From Antedon mediterranea (lineage: Eukaryota > Animalia > Echinodermata): a DNA stretch of 64,000 nt. The stretch lies in the NCBI RefSeq assembly GCF_964355755.1, contig NC_092672.1:8060001-8124000 (forward strand), in the 5' to 3' direction. The notes under the pieces were generated by a model. It had not been told where the DNA came from. It made no database searches and saw only the letters and a list, made by a program, of their open reading frames with translations. This document shows, in pieces, positions 13,086-28,849 of the stretch. Position 1 is the stretch's first letter. Every line of letters begins with the position of its first letter. Both the position numbers and the translations under genes were made by a program.

Positions 13086-16044
13086 GATAAGGTTAGCTTA
13101 GCAACATGTAAAAAGTCCAGGCTACAGGCTTTTCAAAATATATCCATTTTTTTACCGTTGCGCCAGAAATTACTAAACAACTATTGCTGTTAAATAACTC
13201 CGTCATAAACAGACTAACAGACTTTGGAAATCATGTTTTTTTTTATGTTTTCATAATAATTGTAGTTATCTTTAGTTGTACATACATCAATGAAGTGTAA
13301 ATGTGTCGTTTAAGGTATTTGCTTATTTGGCAAGTGCTTTACTGTTTAATCCTAATGAGATTATGATTGAAGTGTTTATGTCAATATGGTTATTATACGA
13401 CCATAAAACACAACATAAAAAAGCATTAAATTAAAGGGAAAACCTTAGGTTTTTTAATTTGCAACAACACATAACGTTTATTAAATTTCCATTTACCGTA
13501 CTAAAAATATCCCCAAAAAAAAGCACAATGAAAATGTATAAGTATAAGGAAAAATACAGTTAAATAGAATATGATGATGTCAATGTATTGCAAGTGTGTT
13601 CAATGGTTATTACTTTCTGAGTTCTCCCCTAGGATGGGTAAACGACTATGTCAGTTTATCCAGGTAAGCTAGGCACAAATGAAGTCACTAAATTAAATCT
13701 CATTATGCTAATTTTAGGTATACTCATGTAAGATAAATTTTAAAATGCAATAATCATTTTTTATCAATGGGCTTTTAGGGAAATGTTACTTTTGACAGAA
13801 GATTGATGGAATGGGTTTATAATTGAGGCTACTTTAAAATTATAGAATGCTGAAAAACTATTAAGCCTATAACAAAAAAATGTACAGTAACATTACATTA
13901 TAAAACTGGGGAAATATGCACATACTATTTATATTACTCAAGAGAATATTAATATTGTGTTTTGTTAAAATAACTATAGTCAAACCCTAAAAATAATATT
14001 TTGCTTTCTTAATTATTTAACATCAATTTTAACACCTAATTTATTTGACTTAATTAAGCCCTCATTATATTGGCCTTGGACAATCTTTTTGATATTTTTC
14101 TTATGGGAACATTTATTTCCTTTCAATTTTAGAAAACACAAATATTTCACTTTTAATTTCTATATGAAAATTTGCCATAATTTTTGTTTAAATGATTTGT
14201 TATCAAAATGTTTACAATATGTGACTCATAATAAGTTGACTACAGAAATATATTTTTAGGCTAGATATTGCTTCACCCTTCAGATAGGATGTTAAGATGT
14301 TGGTCCCATAGAAAAACTTTAAAGAACTGCAATCTGTGTGTTGATCTGATTAGGGCATAATGTGAATTTTCAGTTTTACAATGTTTTCTTTTGTTTTGTT
14401 ATCACTTTTATTTTTCAATTTTCAATTTTTTGGTAGTATTTCTTTTATAGATAATTACAATGTATGTAGATCAGTGTTATCATCAGCACATTGTAACTAA
14501 ATCTTCCTAAAAAAATTGAAATTGCATTCGATGGATTTTTTGAAAGTTAATAAACACAACAGGACAAGGCTTATGTAAAGCTTTGTCTACACTATCAAAC
14601 TAGTTTGCCGGAAAAAAATGTGATATGCCTAAATATGGTAGTGATATGCCCAAATACATCAAATGTTGTTGTTGCATAAAGTTTGATAGTGTAGACAGAA
14701 GTACTTTTTAATATTTTGTATATATTTTAGTTTTAAGTTTTCTTAAATTTTATTAAACCACTTTCCATTTTTTTATTCTCATTTACAATATTACTAAAAT
14801 CAGTCTGTTTCTCAAAACAATAGTTTCAAAAGTGTATCTTCCAAATAAAATTATTATTATATAGTCAGAGTATTGTTATGAAGCTACTACTAGACTTGTT
14901 GATGAGTCTAAAAGACACATACAGTGACTTTACTAGAAAAACCTCATCCAAGCTCATCGCTAATACAGATCAAAGGCTTACGCTTATAACCGACCTTTAA
15001 CCTTAATATCAGACTTTGTACTCATCAAGAGAATGCAATTTCAATTACTTGCTACATCCCATGAATTCTAAAAGCGAAGAAATACTGTAAATTTGATAAG
15101 CGGACTTTAAGTATCAAAATAGAATCGGGTAAAGTAATTATTTTGAATTGATCTTTGATAACTTCCTGGACCCATCCTATTGCGTTTCCTGCGTAGATAG
15201 GTTATGGAAAACTAATAATAAAATATATGATTTCCACACCATGTAGATTACATATTTTTAATCGAAATTGTTTTTAATCAATTTATCCATGCGTGTGTCT
15301 GTATTTACATTATCTTCGTTTTTGTTCCATGCGGTGAAGTAAGAGTTTATCATTTTTGTTCAAGTCGGTCGATCATAGCACTTGGGAGTACTGTTTTAAT
15401 ATCAAATTAACATTACAAAAATGGTATTTTTTCTATAACAATTATTCTTTCCTATTTTGTTATTATCTATTTAGGCCTACTGTTTCTCAGCTCTCATTTA
15501 AAACAGAGAGAAAATCGTGCAGAGATTAATTATTGAAAACATAAAATTAATTGACTGAATTAAAAATTTACAAACTGGTATTTAAATTTACTAATCCATT
15601 TTAAATATATTATTATATACAGTACTGTATAATATATAGATATATTTTTTCAGTAACAGTATCAGGCAGAATTAGAAAAAAGGACACAGAATGTCATCAT
15701 ATCATATGATTAATAAAGCGTAGAAACGTCCAACAGTAGGAGTAGTGGACTGGTATACAAGCAGGTAAAGTGATTATAGTATTTAGAATTAATATTTAAT
15801 AGGTTCATAGACCCATCATCTTGTATTTCGTATTGCATGCTGATATATATGGAAAACCAATAACCAGACATTATATACCAGTACACAAATAGAACATAAC
15901 AAATACTGATTATTTTAATATATTATTATGCGACATAATAATGCAGGGTTAAGAAATCTAGAATTACAGAGATAAAGATACACAAAGTAGGGGAATGACG
16001 ATACAAAGTAGAAAATTATGGGTAGACAAAATAGGAGAATGAAT

Positions 16045-16270
16045 TGCAAAGTGGGAGATATGCAAAGTGGGAGGGTTGCAACGTGGGAGGGTTGCAAAGT
16101 GGGAGGGTTGCAACGTGGGATGGTTGCAAAGTGTGAGGGTTGTAAAGTGGGGGGACCAATGTAGGGAGAACAAAGTTAGAGACAAAAGTTGGGGGGACCC
16201 AATGTAGGGGGACCAATGTAGGGAGAACAAAGTTGGGAGAACAAAGTAGGAGGATCAAAGTAGGGGTATA
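16045..16270 (+). repeat. G-rich minisatellite (16-bp TGCAAAGTGGGAGGGT unit grading into 14-16-bp variants)
   Basis: Tandem units are visible directly and explain the spurious ORFs at 15915-16312. Confidence 0.85.
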
Positions 16271-19200
16271 TGACATAGGGGAATGAAATAGGGAAAAGCT
16301 TAGTGGAAGCATGGAGGTCTATGTAAAAATGATATGTCTATAAAAGAGTCATACCTACAATGCAACCTTTTGTGTATAAAAAAAAAAGGTGAATCAAGTC
16401 TGCAAGGACACTAGTCTAGCCCTCTCCCTCAACCTCCCTCAAACTGCTGATTATAAAAACAGAACTTTTTGAGACAGTAAATTTATCAATAAATATGTGT
16501 GCGTTGTTTTAACACTTATAAAAGTTACAATTAAATAATAAATATAAAGTTTCAGGTTTAATTCAAACCATGAGTTAGATAAAACTCAATGCCTAAAATA
16601 ACCACAAAGTGGTCAGAGTACTTCATGAATGTCCTTATGAAAATTAAGAGGGTAATAGGGTGTTAAATATTGATAGAAATTTCAGGTAAATGACTTGAAT
16701 AAAATCATAAATCACACAGCTGCTAAGAAGTAGTAAAAATCACAGTGATTTTCCTACTGATTTTCCTCTTACCTTTCATAATATTGTAATTTTCACCCAG
16801 AGAAAAAAAATTAATTATAACAAAGTAGGTGATATACTAATTAACAAGTTTAACTGAATTTAATTAGTAGAATTATTTAAAGCAATAAACAGTTTGTGGA
16901 GTCAAAATAATAAGCAATATACCATATGTCCTATTTTTCTTTGAGATACAAAATAAAACTTTAAAATACAAAATTAACGATAGATTAAAAAGCATTTTTT
17001 GATGAAATACAAGTTAACTTACATGATGCTCGGCTAAGACTTTTGGAAAGAATGGATTAATAATCCCAAAAATATCAATATTTACTAATTTCACATACTT
17101 TTGAGGTCAGTGGCTTTTGAATATTAACTACTGTTTGATTAGCCTGGCTATGTTGAATTATCTTGTTTACTAGTGATAATAGGTCTGTGTACTGTATCCT
17201 TTGTTTTAGACGTTTCGTTATCTTGATGCGAAGTGAGACACTGTATTTTGCAAGGACAGAGCACCTAAAGCGGTCACATGTTTTAGCCAATGATTTCGTT
17301 AATTGAGATTATAATACTCATTTTAAAAAATAAATAAATTTAGCAGGGAAATATTTAATTTTAATCATAGTATCATCATAATTATAATTGTGCTAAATAA
17401 TAGACGTGCACAATTTTTTCAATAATCATTAAAAAGAATTAGCATGACCCTCAATGTTTGGTAGATTTTCCAATTTATCGCACTTTCTTCACACATTTAA
17501 TACATACTTATTATTAACCAAAATTAATAAACTAATATAGGCCTAAATGCAATATTAAACCATCAATAAACAAGAACAATTGATAGACACAAAACACCTG
17601 GTATTACTATAAGCAAAATTAATCTTTTGTTGGAATCATCCACTTTTTCTTCTCATTTTCAATAACATAACATAAGCAACATTAATCTTGATATAATGTT
17701 ACCACCAAGATGTGGTGTGACGTCCTCTAAAGATTCCTCCCACAAAGGCACATCACAAGGACAATATTTTGGGAGATTCTCTCTCTCGTTAATTTAATTT
17801 TCCAGAGAAAGCCCAAATTAGGAGCAGATTCTGGTAGGGTTATTTGCCTAAACGTGCTAGTTTATGCATTATGAAGGTCAGACAGTTATTCTATGCTCAC
17901 GTCCCGTTTTAATTTAATTGTTGAGATTATACCAAGCCGCATATTTTGTCATACCTGGTGGTATAAAAGTAACTTTGATTCTCTCTTTTATTAATTAAAT
18001 TAAATGCTATTTTACTTTTTTTTCTATGCTATAAGAGAAACCAATTATTTATTTATATGTTTGTTTGATTGATATTTTATGGTATCTATTTTGAGGAAGA
18101 TCTACATGATCTATTTTATGATCTATTATTACCGTAGTATACGATAGTACTTTAAACAATGTATAAATGAAATTTGATTGGTTGATTGTAACATGCAATA
18201 CATATGTGCAATGCTTTTTAATAACGAAATATTAAACATACATTTACATTTGATAATCATTATTGTAATATATTATATATGGAATGATATAGTTTATTAA
18301 ATTTGAATAAAGACAAGATGGTTAATTTGACAGTAGAACATGATTATGGAATAGATAACAAATAGGTGAAGGGGGACTGTAACAGTTGAGGGCAGTCTAT
18401 ACTCAAGGAGAAAGATGGCAACCAATATTAATTAAATGTTACTAGTTAACTTAGGATAGAAATTATTAACTTTTAATAAACACAAATTTTGCTAATTATT
18501 AAATTAGTGATACATGTCTGATAATTTCTTTCATGAGCTTTGTCTTTAGTCTGCTAACCTATTTTGCAGGACTGAAAAAAATTTGGGACGATAGTATGTT
18601 TGGAAGCTCCTACTATAAGGCAAGGTTGTCACAAATTTAGGTAAGGGGGATCGGATCAAAATTCTTTTGTATTTTTCTATCACTTCAAAAAGAAGGGCTA
18701 ATGTCGGTTTATCCAGGTAAGCTAGACACGTAATAGATTTTAAACAATTATATGGACAAATAGTGCATAAATTATGTATTATCAACACATTCTGGTATCC
18801 AAACCTGAAAATGTGCCAGATTAAAACTCCTACAAGTACATAAATTATTTCATAAAAAAAACTAGATTCTTATTAAAAGGAGAATCTAACGAATGATAAA
18901 TGTAATAAATTATTCGCTTTCTACATCTGTAATATAGAATGACAGATAGGCAAAAATACAGAATCAATAACGATATTTAATACAATTGTTGCACAAGTGC
19001 TAAAGTGTATTTGTCCTCAGGCAACTGAAGCATCAAATAAAGTCAAATGTTATTACAAATTCGTGTTAGCTTTTTCATGTCGAAGCCTATATAGAATTAT
19101 TTATTATCTTGTTCTTTTATTCAGTCTTATTGTATTTCTATTAATTCGTAACATGAAGATGACAAGCATTTAGGTTTCCTTTATTGGAAATAATTGTCTT

Positions 19201-20928
19201 CTCCTTCAAACCATTCCATAATATTCTTAAATGCTAAATATAAAATTTCTGCAAATTAAGAACGAATACAGTACAAATACATTCTCCTTTTTGTATTTTC
19301 CTCTACCTCAGAGAGAAGGGCTATATTGGTTTATCCAGGTAAGCTAGGCACAACATATGGTATACATATTTGAAAAGAATTATAATATATTCTTTTAAAA
19401 ATTAATTGTATATACCAATTATTTACTAAAAAAATTTTTTTTTTAAGCTGGAGAAGTCAAAATGAATAAAAAAACAATTGTCTGTGAATAATACTAGAAA
19501 TACTTTTAAGAGCATTTAAGAGTGAAATAATTAACAAGAAATGTGTGGTCATCTGGACTTAAATTATGATTATTAGATGTTTTTATTGATGTAATGAACA
19601 TTGGCAATAATTAGCCTTGACACCACTACAAATATTGAGTCAACTTGAAGGCAAGTGTGTGTACTTTAAAGTTGTCTCTGGGGTGATTATGGTATCAATA
19701 TAGGAGGCTTAAATTTGGTATACAAGACACTTATGCTGTAGTTCACATATAAAACACATTTGCTTGTTTACTATTGAGAACTTGCTGATGTTGGCTCATC
19801 AAACATGAGTAGCCACTTACATCTTACACTTGTTGTAAACAAGAGTACAAATGTTAGCAGTGTGATGTACTGTAACTGACTTATTGGCAAACATTGTTAT
19901 AGTCTATTATTAAAGACTAAGTTTCTCGTTTGAGTGAATAAAACTGGAAATAAACAAACAGAATAAGAATAACAAAGCAAATATTGTATCTGGATGTGAT
20001 CGGTTTATTTGTTTGGTTGGCTAAAAATGATTTCCTTTATATTATTATAGCAATAACATTCCAAAACAGAGATATTCATCAAACTATAAACAACATCAAT
20101 TCAACTGCTACACAAAGTGCAAATCCAGTACAACATGCATTGGATACAAAGATAGCTATGCAAATTTAATGGCTGCACTCACCACAACTGCACTAAAAAA
20201 ACATCCACATCACCTTATGTAATTGCTGCAGTTGACTGTTTACTTCACAAAAATTGCACCAGCTAAAACTATGGCAGAAGAAAAACAGATAAACTCTCTA
20301 AAACAACAGTATCTGCAAAAAAGCATGTCCCTAATTACTCTAACTTTTGATCCACCTGTAACTATCTAATTGCAGCTCCTGTCCCTTTGCAACTGCAGTA
20401 GTCCCAACTGCATCAACTGTTCCTAAATTCAAGTACCGTATCTATAGCCCAACTATGCTAGACCTTACCTGCAACTGCAAATTTGAAACATTTGTTTAAA
20501 AAAAAACTTAATCTTGCGTCATGTATAAAAAAAACAATTGGTAAACAAGAAGATACCACTACTAGACATCAATAAATTACATTAGATAAAAGGGAAAATA
20601 CAAACTGATAATCTGCTAAGTATTTTGAAGGTAGTTTAATGCAAATTTACGCAACCTTGGCTTAGGAAGTAAGAGGTTGGTTTTATCTGCTATATCAACA
20701 TACATCTGATTAATACCACCTCAAAAAAGCACATAAGAAAAATAGATTCATTGCCATGTGACAGAGTCATGTGATGAGATGTTTCGGCAAGGACGAAGCA
20801 ATAATGAAGATAATATATCCAAGGAAAATATGTCAATGATCTAGTTAATTATATCTGTTAATTATATCTGTACTTGAAGTTTTACATGCCATACCTTGAA
20901 CATGGTATCTTCATTTTTATCTTAAATA

Positions 20929-21117
20929 CCGTCAACTTTCCCAATACTGGACACCATTGGGCTGGCCTAATATGTTTGCTTTTCTGAAAATTCTGGTATT
21001 TCAGAATGTGTTTTTAATTGTAAAAATAGATTTTAGGACCTTTTAGACCAAAAAAAAAAGTATGGTTTTGGAGCGTTTCAAGTTTTCAGAGAGCCCAATA
21101 TTGGGAAAATTGACTAC
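20929..21117. mobile_element. Degenerate MITE
   Basis: Imperfect TIR GTCAACTTTCCCAATA / TATTGGGAAAATTGAC. Confidence 0.45.
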
Positions 21118-22980
21118 TATCCATAGATCAATGAATCATAATGACAAAAATTCTTGACAACATTTTTTAAACATTTTTACATCATCAAATATTACTCGGC
21201 AATGGCAGGATGGAAAAAAAAGTTTAGTAACGCAAGGGTTAGGTATCAGCACTGTATTGGTCATCAAACAAATGTGACAGGAATCGAACCAATGACTTTA
21301 TGATTGGTAAGCAAGCTTGTCAACCATTAAGCCACAAGAACTAATTTCTGATATATCTGGTCTCATACATCAATATTTATTCAGACACTGATGATACAGA
21401 TTTAATATTCTTTCAAAAAGTTATTCCAACTTTACTGCTGTGCAGACTATTCAGTATTTGTTAGACAGCATATTTGAAAGTTATTTTCTTATAACATTTC
21501 GATTTTTAAAACCAAAGTTCAACATGTTTCACTTAAAATAAACAAAGTTTTTCTTGTTAATTACCCCAGGCAATAATTTCTTGATCTGCAAATAATCTTA
21601 TGTCATATTTAATTAAGTCTAATTAACAAAAACAACAAACAGTAGTAACCTGTTTATTCTCTGGGACATTACTATCAGGTTATGGCAAGCTAGGCCCCTG
21701 GTGGTGTCGGTTTACTGACAGAAGCGTGTTAGACAACATCTCCCGACTGCCAAATACGATGGTCTGGATTGTGCTAAAAACGATATGAAAGAAACATAAG
21801 ACAAAACTAATGTCTACTTGTTTTCCATTCTTCTTTCCCTTCCTGCTAATGTTGAAAACCAACGTCCTCTCTGGAGTTCCCCCTTTTCCTTTCCCTTGGG
21901 AAAGTCTACCAGCATAACCCCTACATCTGTGTGTCCCGCGGGAGTATAATCTATGTTTTTGTTTGATAGCATTCTTTCCTGTTCCCGGACAGCAGAGTAG
22001 CTTGCTAAAACAGGAGACCAGTCATTGAGTGAGAAATAGCAAAGTTTCGCAAACCAACGCAAATCATTACGCATACTTCCTACATATCAACGATTGGTCC
22101 CAGCCCGTCATTCTAGTTTCCTAATTTTCTAGGCAGACATGCGTTTCTTGTATTATACATTCAACTTATTAGAAAACACTTTATAATACTAATAATAAAT
22201 CTAAGCTAGCGCAGCTAAAAAGAAAAGTTCATTACAATTATGTTTTCAGTTTTTTAGAATTAGTTGGAAGTGATTTTTTAAAGTATTGTTCAGTTTATAT
22301 TGAAATTGATTTGCGCAAACATTGTAACGTATGATCAGCTTTAAACGTGCAGTTAACATGATTGTATCATGTATTCTAATTATTAACACTGTTATTGGCA
22401 AATGCTTGTCAAGAATAATAAAGCAACGCATACATTCACATCACAATAATAATACACACATAAACAACAGTACTCATTGTACCATCCATCGCCATTAAGA
22501 CACATTTCATGACAATGACGTAGATTTTATCTGTCAATACCGCCAATCATTTAACATAATTTGTTGTGTCTCCTATGATATTTAAAACCGTTTATTTCTG
22601 GGCAAATCTCTGTTTAAGTGTTCAACGTGTGCAATTGAATTTTTCACCGTGACATTTCGTATCAACTTCTACGTCAATATTATCATTGATTGCTAAGCAT
22701 TATCTATGATACAGTTCATCGCAACCGTCAACATCTCTCACTCTTTGTATCCGTTAATATCCGTAACGATGTTCTATTGCTGTATACAATTAATCTCTCG
22801 TAACTACAATTCTATAAGTTAAAATTTTCTTAAACCGCCCTCTTTAGTTGCAATAAATTGAAAATGTCGATCGTATTTAAATCAAGTTTATAAGAAATGC
22901 TAAACCAGATAACATCAAATGTTCATGCATATTTTACACAAAATTTCATTGATCTAAGAGAATCATATTGTTTATACTTA

Positions 22981-23145
22981 CAGTAGAACCTCTATTAAGG
23001 GGACACCTTCCAAGACTAACAATGGTTCCCTTAACATGGATGTCCCCTGAATAGCTGTAGTGTTAAAACATGTATTAAAAGGAAAGTGTCCCTGAACAGG
23101 GATGTCCCCTGAACAGGGATGTCCCCTTAACAGGAATTTCTACTG
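22981..23145. mobile_element. Tc1/mariner (Tigger/pogo-like) MITE
   Basis: TA|CAGTAGAA...TTCTACTG|TA, with internal GGGATGTCCCCT repeats. Confidence 0.7.
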
Positions 23146-26100
23146 TAATTAACTTATGTTTTATCTTTTGTTTCAATTAATGAGCTCTTTTTACTTATAA
23201 TTTCTGATAAAGATAACACTTATTTATATCTTATAAGTCCAATATTTTTTAAATGACAAAGATAAAAGAACTTTTACATTAGCTAATTTAACATGCTTAA
23301 TTAGAGAAAGTTTATAGAGCAACCTAATATTGATTGTATCACACCTTATTCTCTTTCATACACATTACTGGTCATAATTAAAGGGTCTACCAAAATACTG
23401 ATAATCAAAAAGTACTATATTTACATTAATTGCCTTTTAATGTCTACCTAATAAAAATATCTTTAGGCTTAAATTGGTTTTAATGGTGTCTCAGAAAGTA
23501 AACCCTTTGTGCTTGTTCTTTTGATGTCAAATATTCCGGAAAAGTTCCTTAAGAAGTGTTGTTATTCTCCCGGCTTAAATTTTAATCGGTGGTTCCCAGA
23601 GAAAAAAATAAGAAAAGAGAAAATAAAGTCTGCAAGATAATCTCTGTAAAACTCATCCAAGCATCAAGTGGAAGTACAAGTTTTACTCCCTTACTTTGGT
23701 TCACCTTCAGGGCTAAGCTGGCATCTAAGCACCTATTAAGCTCAAGGTTTCCAAAAGCCCCAGGGAGGCAAAGTAGTTTTCTTCCCTTTTCTTTAACCAA
23801 CTTCTATCCTTGGCCTTACTAACTACTGGCTGACAGGCAGAACAGTTGCTAGAAATGAAGATAAATGGTAAAGTATCTGTTTGTAGACAGGTATTGGTTC
23901 TATGAAGATCTACAACACATCACAACAACACCATTAATTCCTCCCAAGAGAAGTCCATTTTTTGATGAATTTTCTGAGGATGCCTATAAAATGTTAAGTT
24001 CTGAAGTGAACTTTTTCCAGCCAATGTACTTTTTCTTTTAGTCTGTCCTTCATTCTTGCCAATTTAAAAATGAAATTAGAGGAGGGATTATTTTTACAAT
24101 TAACTACAACCAGGAGAACAATTAAAAAATATCATTTTTTGTTTTTATATTAATATTTCACAAACTAAATAGTTTATCCAATCTCAAATACATAAAAATC
24201 AAGGACACCTTTTTAATGATTTATATAAATGTAAAATAAGACAATTAAATGAATACAATATCTTATGAACAATGGTAAGATCATAATTTATTTTATGAGT
24301 ACCTGGACTTTCAACTATAAGTACGAATGCTGAAGAAACAATACAATTAAAATTAATAGTTAATTTGTTCAATTGTTTGGTTAAAAAATTTTAAAAAACA
24401 TTACTAAGAAAAATTAATTTGATAAATATCGGTCATAAACAGAAATGATACAGAAACAAACACTTAATATTTTTGGTCTTGTTTACTTTATCTGAGCGTA
24501 TGAATTTGTCGAAATGATGTCGATAATAAATGTTTGTGTATCGATAAAAACTAACACAGAAAATAAAAGACCAATATAAATCAGTTGTCGAGCATCAAGT
24601 TGAAAAATGTTATTTTAATGTTCATCCTCCAAAAAACATTATAAGAAAACAAACTACTTGACATGTAAGAAATTGCAGGAAAAATTAATCAAATATATAG
24701 CGGGTGAGAGAAGAAATAAAACACGACAATCTCTTTATCTTCTACGATTCCAAAAGATAGAGATTGTCAAACTTGATTTATCTCGCAGTTTATCCAGAGA
24801 TGTTTTTGGAATCGAAACGCAGATTTTATCACCGCTTATTGCGCATTAAATGGCCAGTGTGCGGTCTTTAAATCATCACTGTGGTAAGCTAAAGCCGAGA
24901 GATATCTTTCATTCAGAGTATATATTGAAAACCGATGCCAATAACTTAAAAGTTTGTGATTTAAACATGAAATTGTGTAGCACTGCAGCAATTTCTTCCA
25001 AACGACATCAAAATTATTATAAAGTTCCTGGTATGTTACTTTACTTGATTAGAAAAACAGTTTAATTTTTCATGAGAAGTAGAAAACTTTATCACTCATC
25101 ACAAAGTAATCAAATAAGTTGGTGGTAGACATCAAACAAAGACAAATAGTACCTGATATAATAATAAGATTTTCAACATGTTTTTTAAGTCGATATAAAA
25201 CAAAATGACAACACTCGAGGATACCCTACCCTTTCATTTACATTTCGTTTTAAACTTATTTAAAGAACAGAACCATGGAGGTATTGATGAATAAACAAAA
25301 GAAAGATCATTTTCAACTTAACATACGATCATGAACATAAAAAGTTTAAGTCAATGTGTATAATTTTAGTTATAGGCCTACTTGAGCATTGTTTTTGTGA
25401 ACTTTAATTTGTTTCATTAATAGTAGGACATATTTGGACTATTATGAATTTGTGTATACATGTATGGCTTATAATAATTCACATTCTTAGTGAATGATTT
25501 TTTTTCAATATAACAATAAAAAATAGTTTCTGAAAAAAGTTTCAAAATTTGAAATTTAATCACAGATCTAAATCAATTAAAAACCTATCAAACAAAAGTA
25601 TTATTTTTAGAATATCAAAATAACAAATTATCCTCCATTTTAATCTTCAACTTTATCTTAAAAGTTAACTTTATTAACAGAAATTTGTGTTTCAATCAAG
25701 CATCTCGCGAAAAATTGGATCAGACATATCTAAAAACAAACAAAATGTGCGTATCCTAGTCAAGTCATAACATTACAAGAGCCCTATGTGAATCCAAATT
25801 AAACAGATACAATTTTTGTTATCATAATTGAGAGAGAAGTTTGTGATAATGTTGGAATTGTTCTCTTGGGACTTTTTATAAATTGTTTTTCATTCAGAAG
25901 AGAGAAATAATCATTAGAAGGATTTTACTTATCAGTGGCCAGTTGCTTGCTTGACATGATGACAAGCAAACATTTCCATTCAATAACATAATCATCAAAT
26001 TAAACATTTTCTTTAAATAAATTGTAATGAAAAAACATTGAATGAATATAGATAATTGATGTTGTTCTAATAGGATAAGAGAAATATTTTTATATTTCAA

Positions 26101-28849
26101 GACATGTTGTCTAAAAGCTCTTAAAGTTTAGATATCTGTGGCCAGATTTATCAAATTTGCTTAATATAAGCAAAATAAATAATCTTAACTTTGTTATTAG
26201 TCAATACTTTTGCTTAAGTCAAATTTAAAATATTTGACATATTTAAAAAAAATCTTAAATAATGTCCATTTCATTGATTTAATTTTTAAATGGTTTTTCA
26301 CTTAAATAAATCTGAACTATCTTGACTTAAGCAAAATGATAACAGCCGCTGATACCATTATTTAGTTAAATAATTTAGTTTATTTAATTCCCTGGATCAA
26401 CAACACCCATTAGTTATGTAGACATTTTTTTTTAATGTAGAACATAGATATAGAAATGGAACAAACATGACAAACAGACACAATTTATTTATGTATTCAA
26501 GAAAAATATTAAATATTATTACAAATTAAACATTAAGAACAATACAAGAAGAAATAAAGGAAGATTCCATTTTTAATTTCTTATGAACAAGCATATTTTC
26601 AAATAGAGAGAAGTATTAGTAAAAATTTAATAAAAAGAGATGCATTCTGTAACAATTGTTGTTTTATAGTCTATTAAATTGGACTGCTTTTTAACAGAAA
26701 CAGAAACTACATTATACGAAAAACCGAAGCCAATCATCTGAACCGTCAAAATGTGAGTAAGCCTCCTTAGTGAACAATATTTCCTTAGCTATTTATCATG
26801 ATTGAAATCTATACTGACAAATTTCTGTTGTCAAACGTTCTATTCCTATCCAATGTTTTCCCTGTCATGGGATAATCATTCGGAGCTGCCGCCAACAATT
26901 AGTAATATTCAACTTGAAAATAATCAGGAAGCCACACACCCAAAATATCGACAGATAATGACGATGTTTGTTTTCCAATTTGGATTGTTTTGTCAAGAAT
27001 GTTTTTATACATTTTTCATAATGTTTGTTTGTAACTTGATGGGAATATATGTTTGGTTATGAATCGCTGAATTATCTAATTTCCTACTGAAATGTATTAA
27101 TTTTAAAGCTTAAGCTTTTTATTAGCAATCTTAATTCAATGTTTATTTTAAAATTATTTCAAAGGACTTCAAAATTTACTGTAACATAAAAAATACAGTT
27201 TAACCTTTAAATCTAAATAACTTAAATTATAAAAGAATTTATAATTTTATTATTTTTAAATAAACAAATAAACTTGATGATCTTTCCACATTTTTAAATA
27301 TAGTTTTTTATAATTAAACAAGCCTTAATTCACTCTTTTTAATTATAAGTTTACTTTAGCGTAACTATTTTCCACCATGTGTAGAAATTCAGAAAGAAAT
27401 ATAGAAAAAGATGTAACAAAAGCTATCAGTCTTCACATATATAAATTTCAACAATGTATTTGTTCACACTTTGTTAGGACACAACTAGCAATGTTACATT
27501 CAAATCTCAAATACAGTGCCAACAACACACAGAAAGCTTAACAGGATCTTGTGAACGGGAAGTGTTCAACGCCAACAAGAGGAAGTGATCACTTGACATA
27601 GAACTTAGTACGTATTCAATTCTAAATCTTATCACCTCAAATGCTTCCTGAATTACCACAACTATTGCCTGTTAAAACGCGTCCAATAACGTGAAAAGTT
27701 TAGAAAAATCAAATAATTTAGAAGCCATTTATTTAGATTCAATGTCAAATTTTAGTTTTTTAATCTTATATAGGCCCTATTAATTATTTAATTACATACA
27801 TTTATAATCAACAGGGTAAGGAATTAGGCAAATGTTGTGACTGTTCAAGGAAGTTATGGTAGGCCTAGGCCTATGTTATGTAATAAATAGGTCAATAGAA
27901 AAAAGGTCAAAATGTTTGTTCATGAATATAATTCGATGGAATGAAAGAAATATGGAAAAATCATTATCTAGAAAATATTAAATATAAAGACTATAAAATG
28001 AAATTAAAAATGAATAAAGACATGAGAATAAAATAAAACTGGTATTTATCATTTTCAACAATGCTTACCTAAGTGAAAAACTAAAGCTTTTTAAATAAAA
28101 ATGGGTTTTTATATTTTAAAGGACATAAGAAAAATTTAAAAAATAAAAATATTTGCTTAGGTTATTTTGAAAAATGATTAGCAAAATCAACAAATTTATT
28201 TTTAAGCAAGTTTATACATCATGCCAGAATTGTATAATTAAGAATTAATTATACAATAATGTATACTTTGGGAATTGTTAATTAAAACAACTTAAAAGCC
28301 AACATTTACTGTAAAGATAATTATTCTTTTTTCCATTTTATCTGCTCATTGAAAGTAATAGCAATCATTGGTGGCAGTATAATGTGTATATGACTAAACT
28401 GACTATCTTTTACATATTAACTAGTCTGCTTCTTCTTCTACTCACATGACACATAGCAGAATTATAAGTAGGCCTACAACTACACTGCTCATCTGGTTTC
28501 CTAGAAATTCTGATTTTTATCACAATGCATTTTACATTTCATGAAATTTGTGACCTTTTATAAAATAAGAATGTTAGGCTATTTGTTTTGGGAAGTTTTC
28601 AGTTTTTAATAAAAGATTTATGTTGGAAATGTGTATGTCCTTTATTTCAACATTAAACTTATTTAACAGAAACAATTAAGAAAGAAACCCTGAATCAAGA
28701 AGAGATAATATCAAAAGCCAAAGCCATTACACAATCGAAGAAAATTCTTAACGAACACCTTAGTAGGCTATTTGGTGCTGAATAGGTTTTCGACTCCAGT
28801 TCTACGACATAGAAGAGGAGGATCCCATATGCATGTATGTATGTATGTA

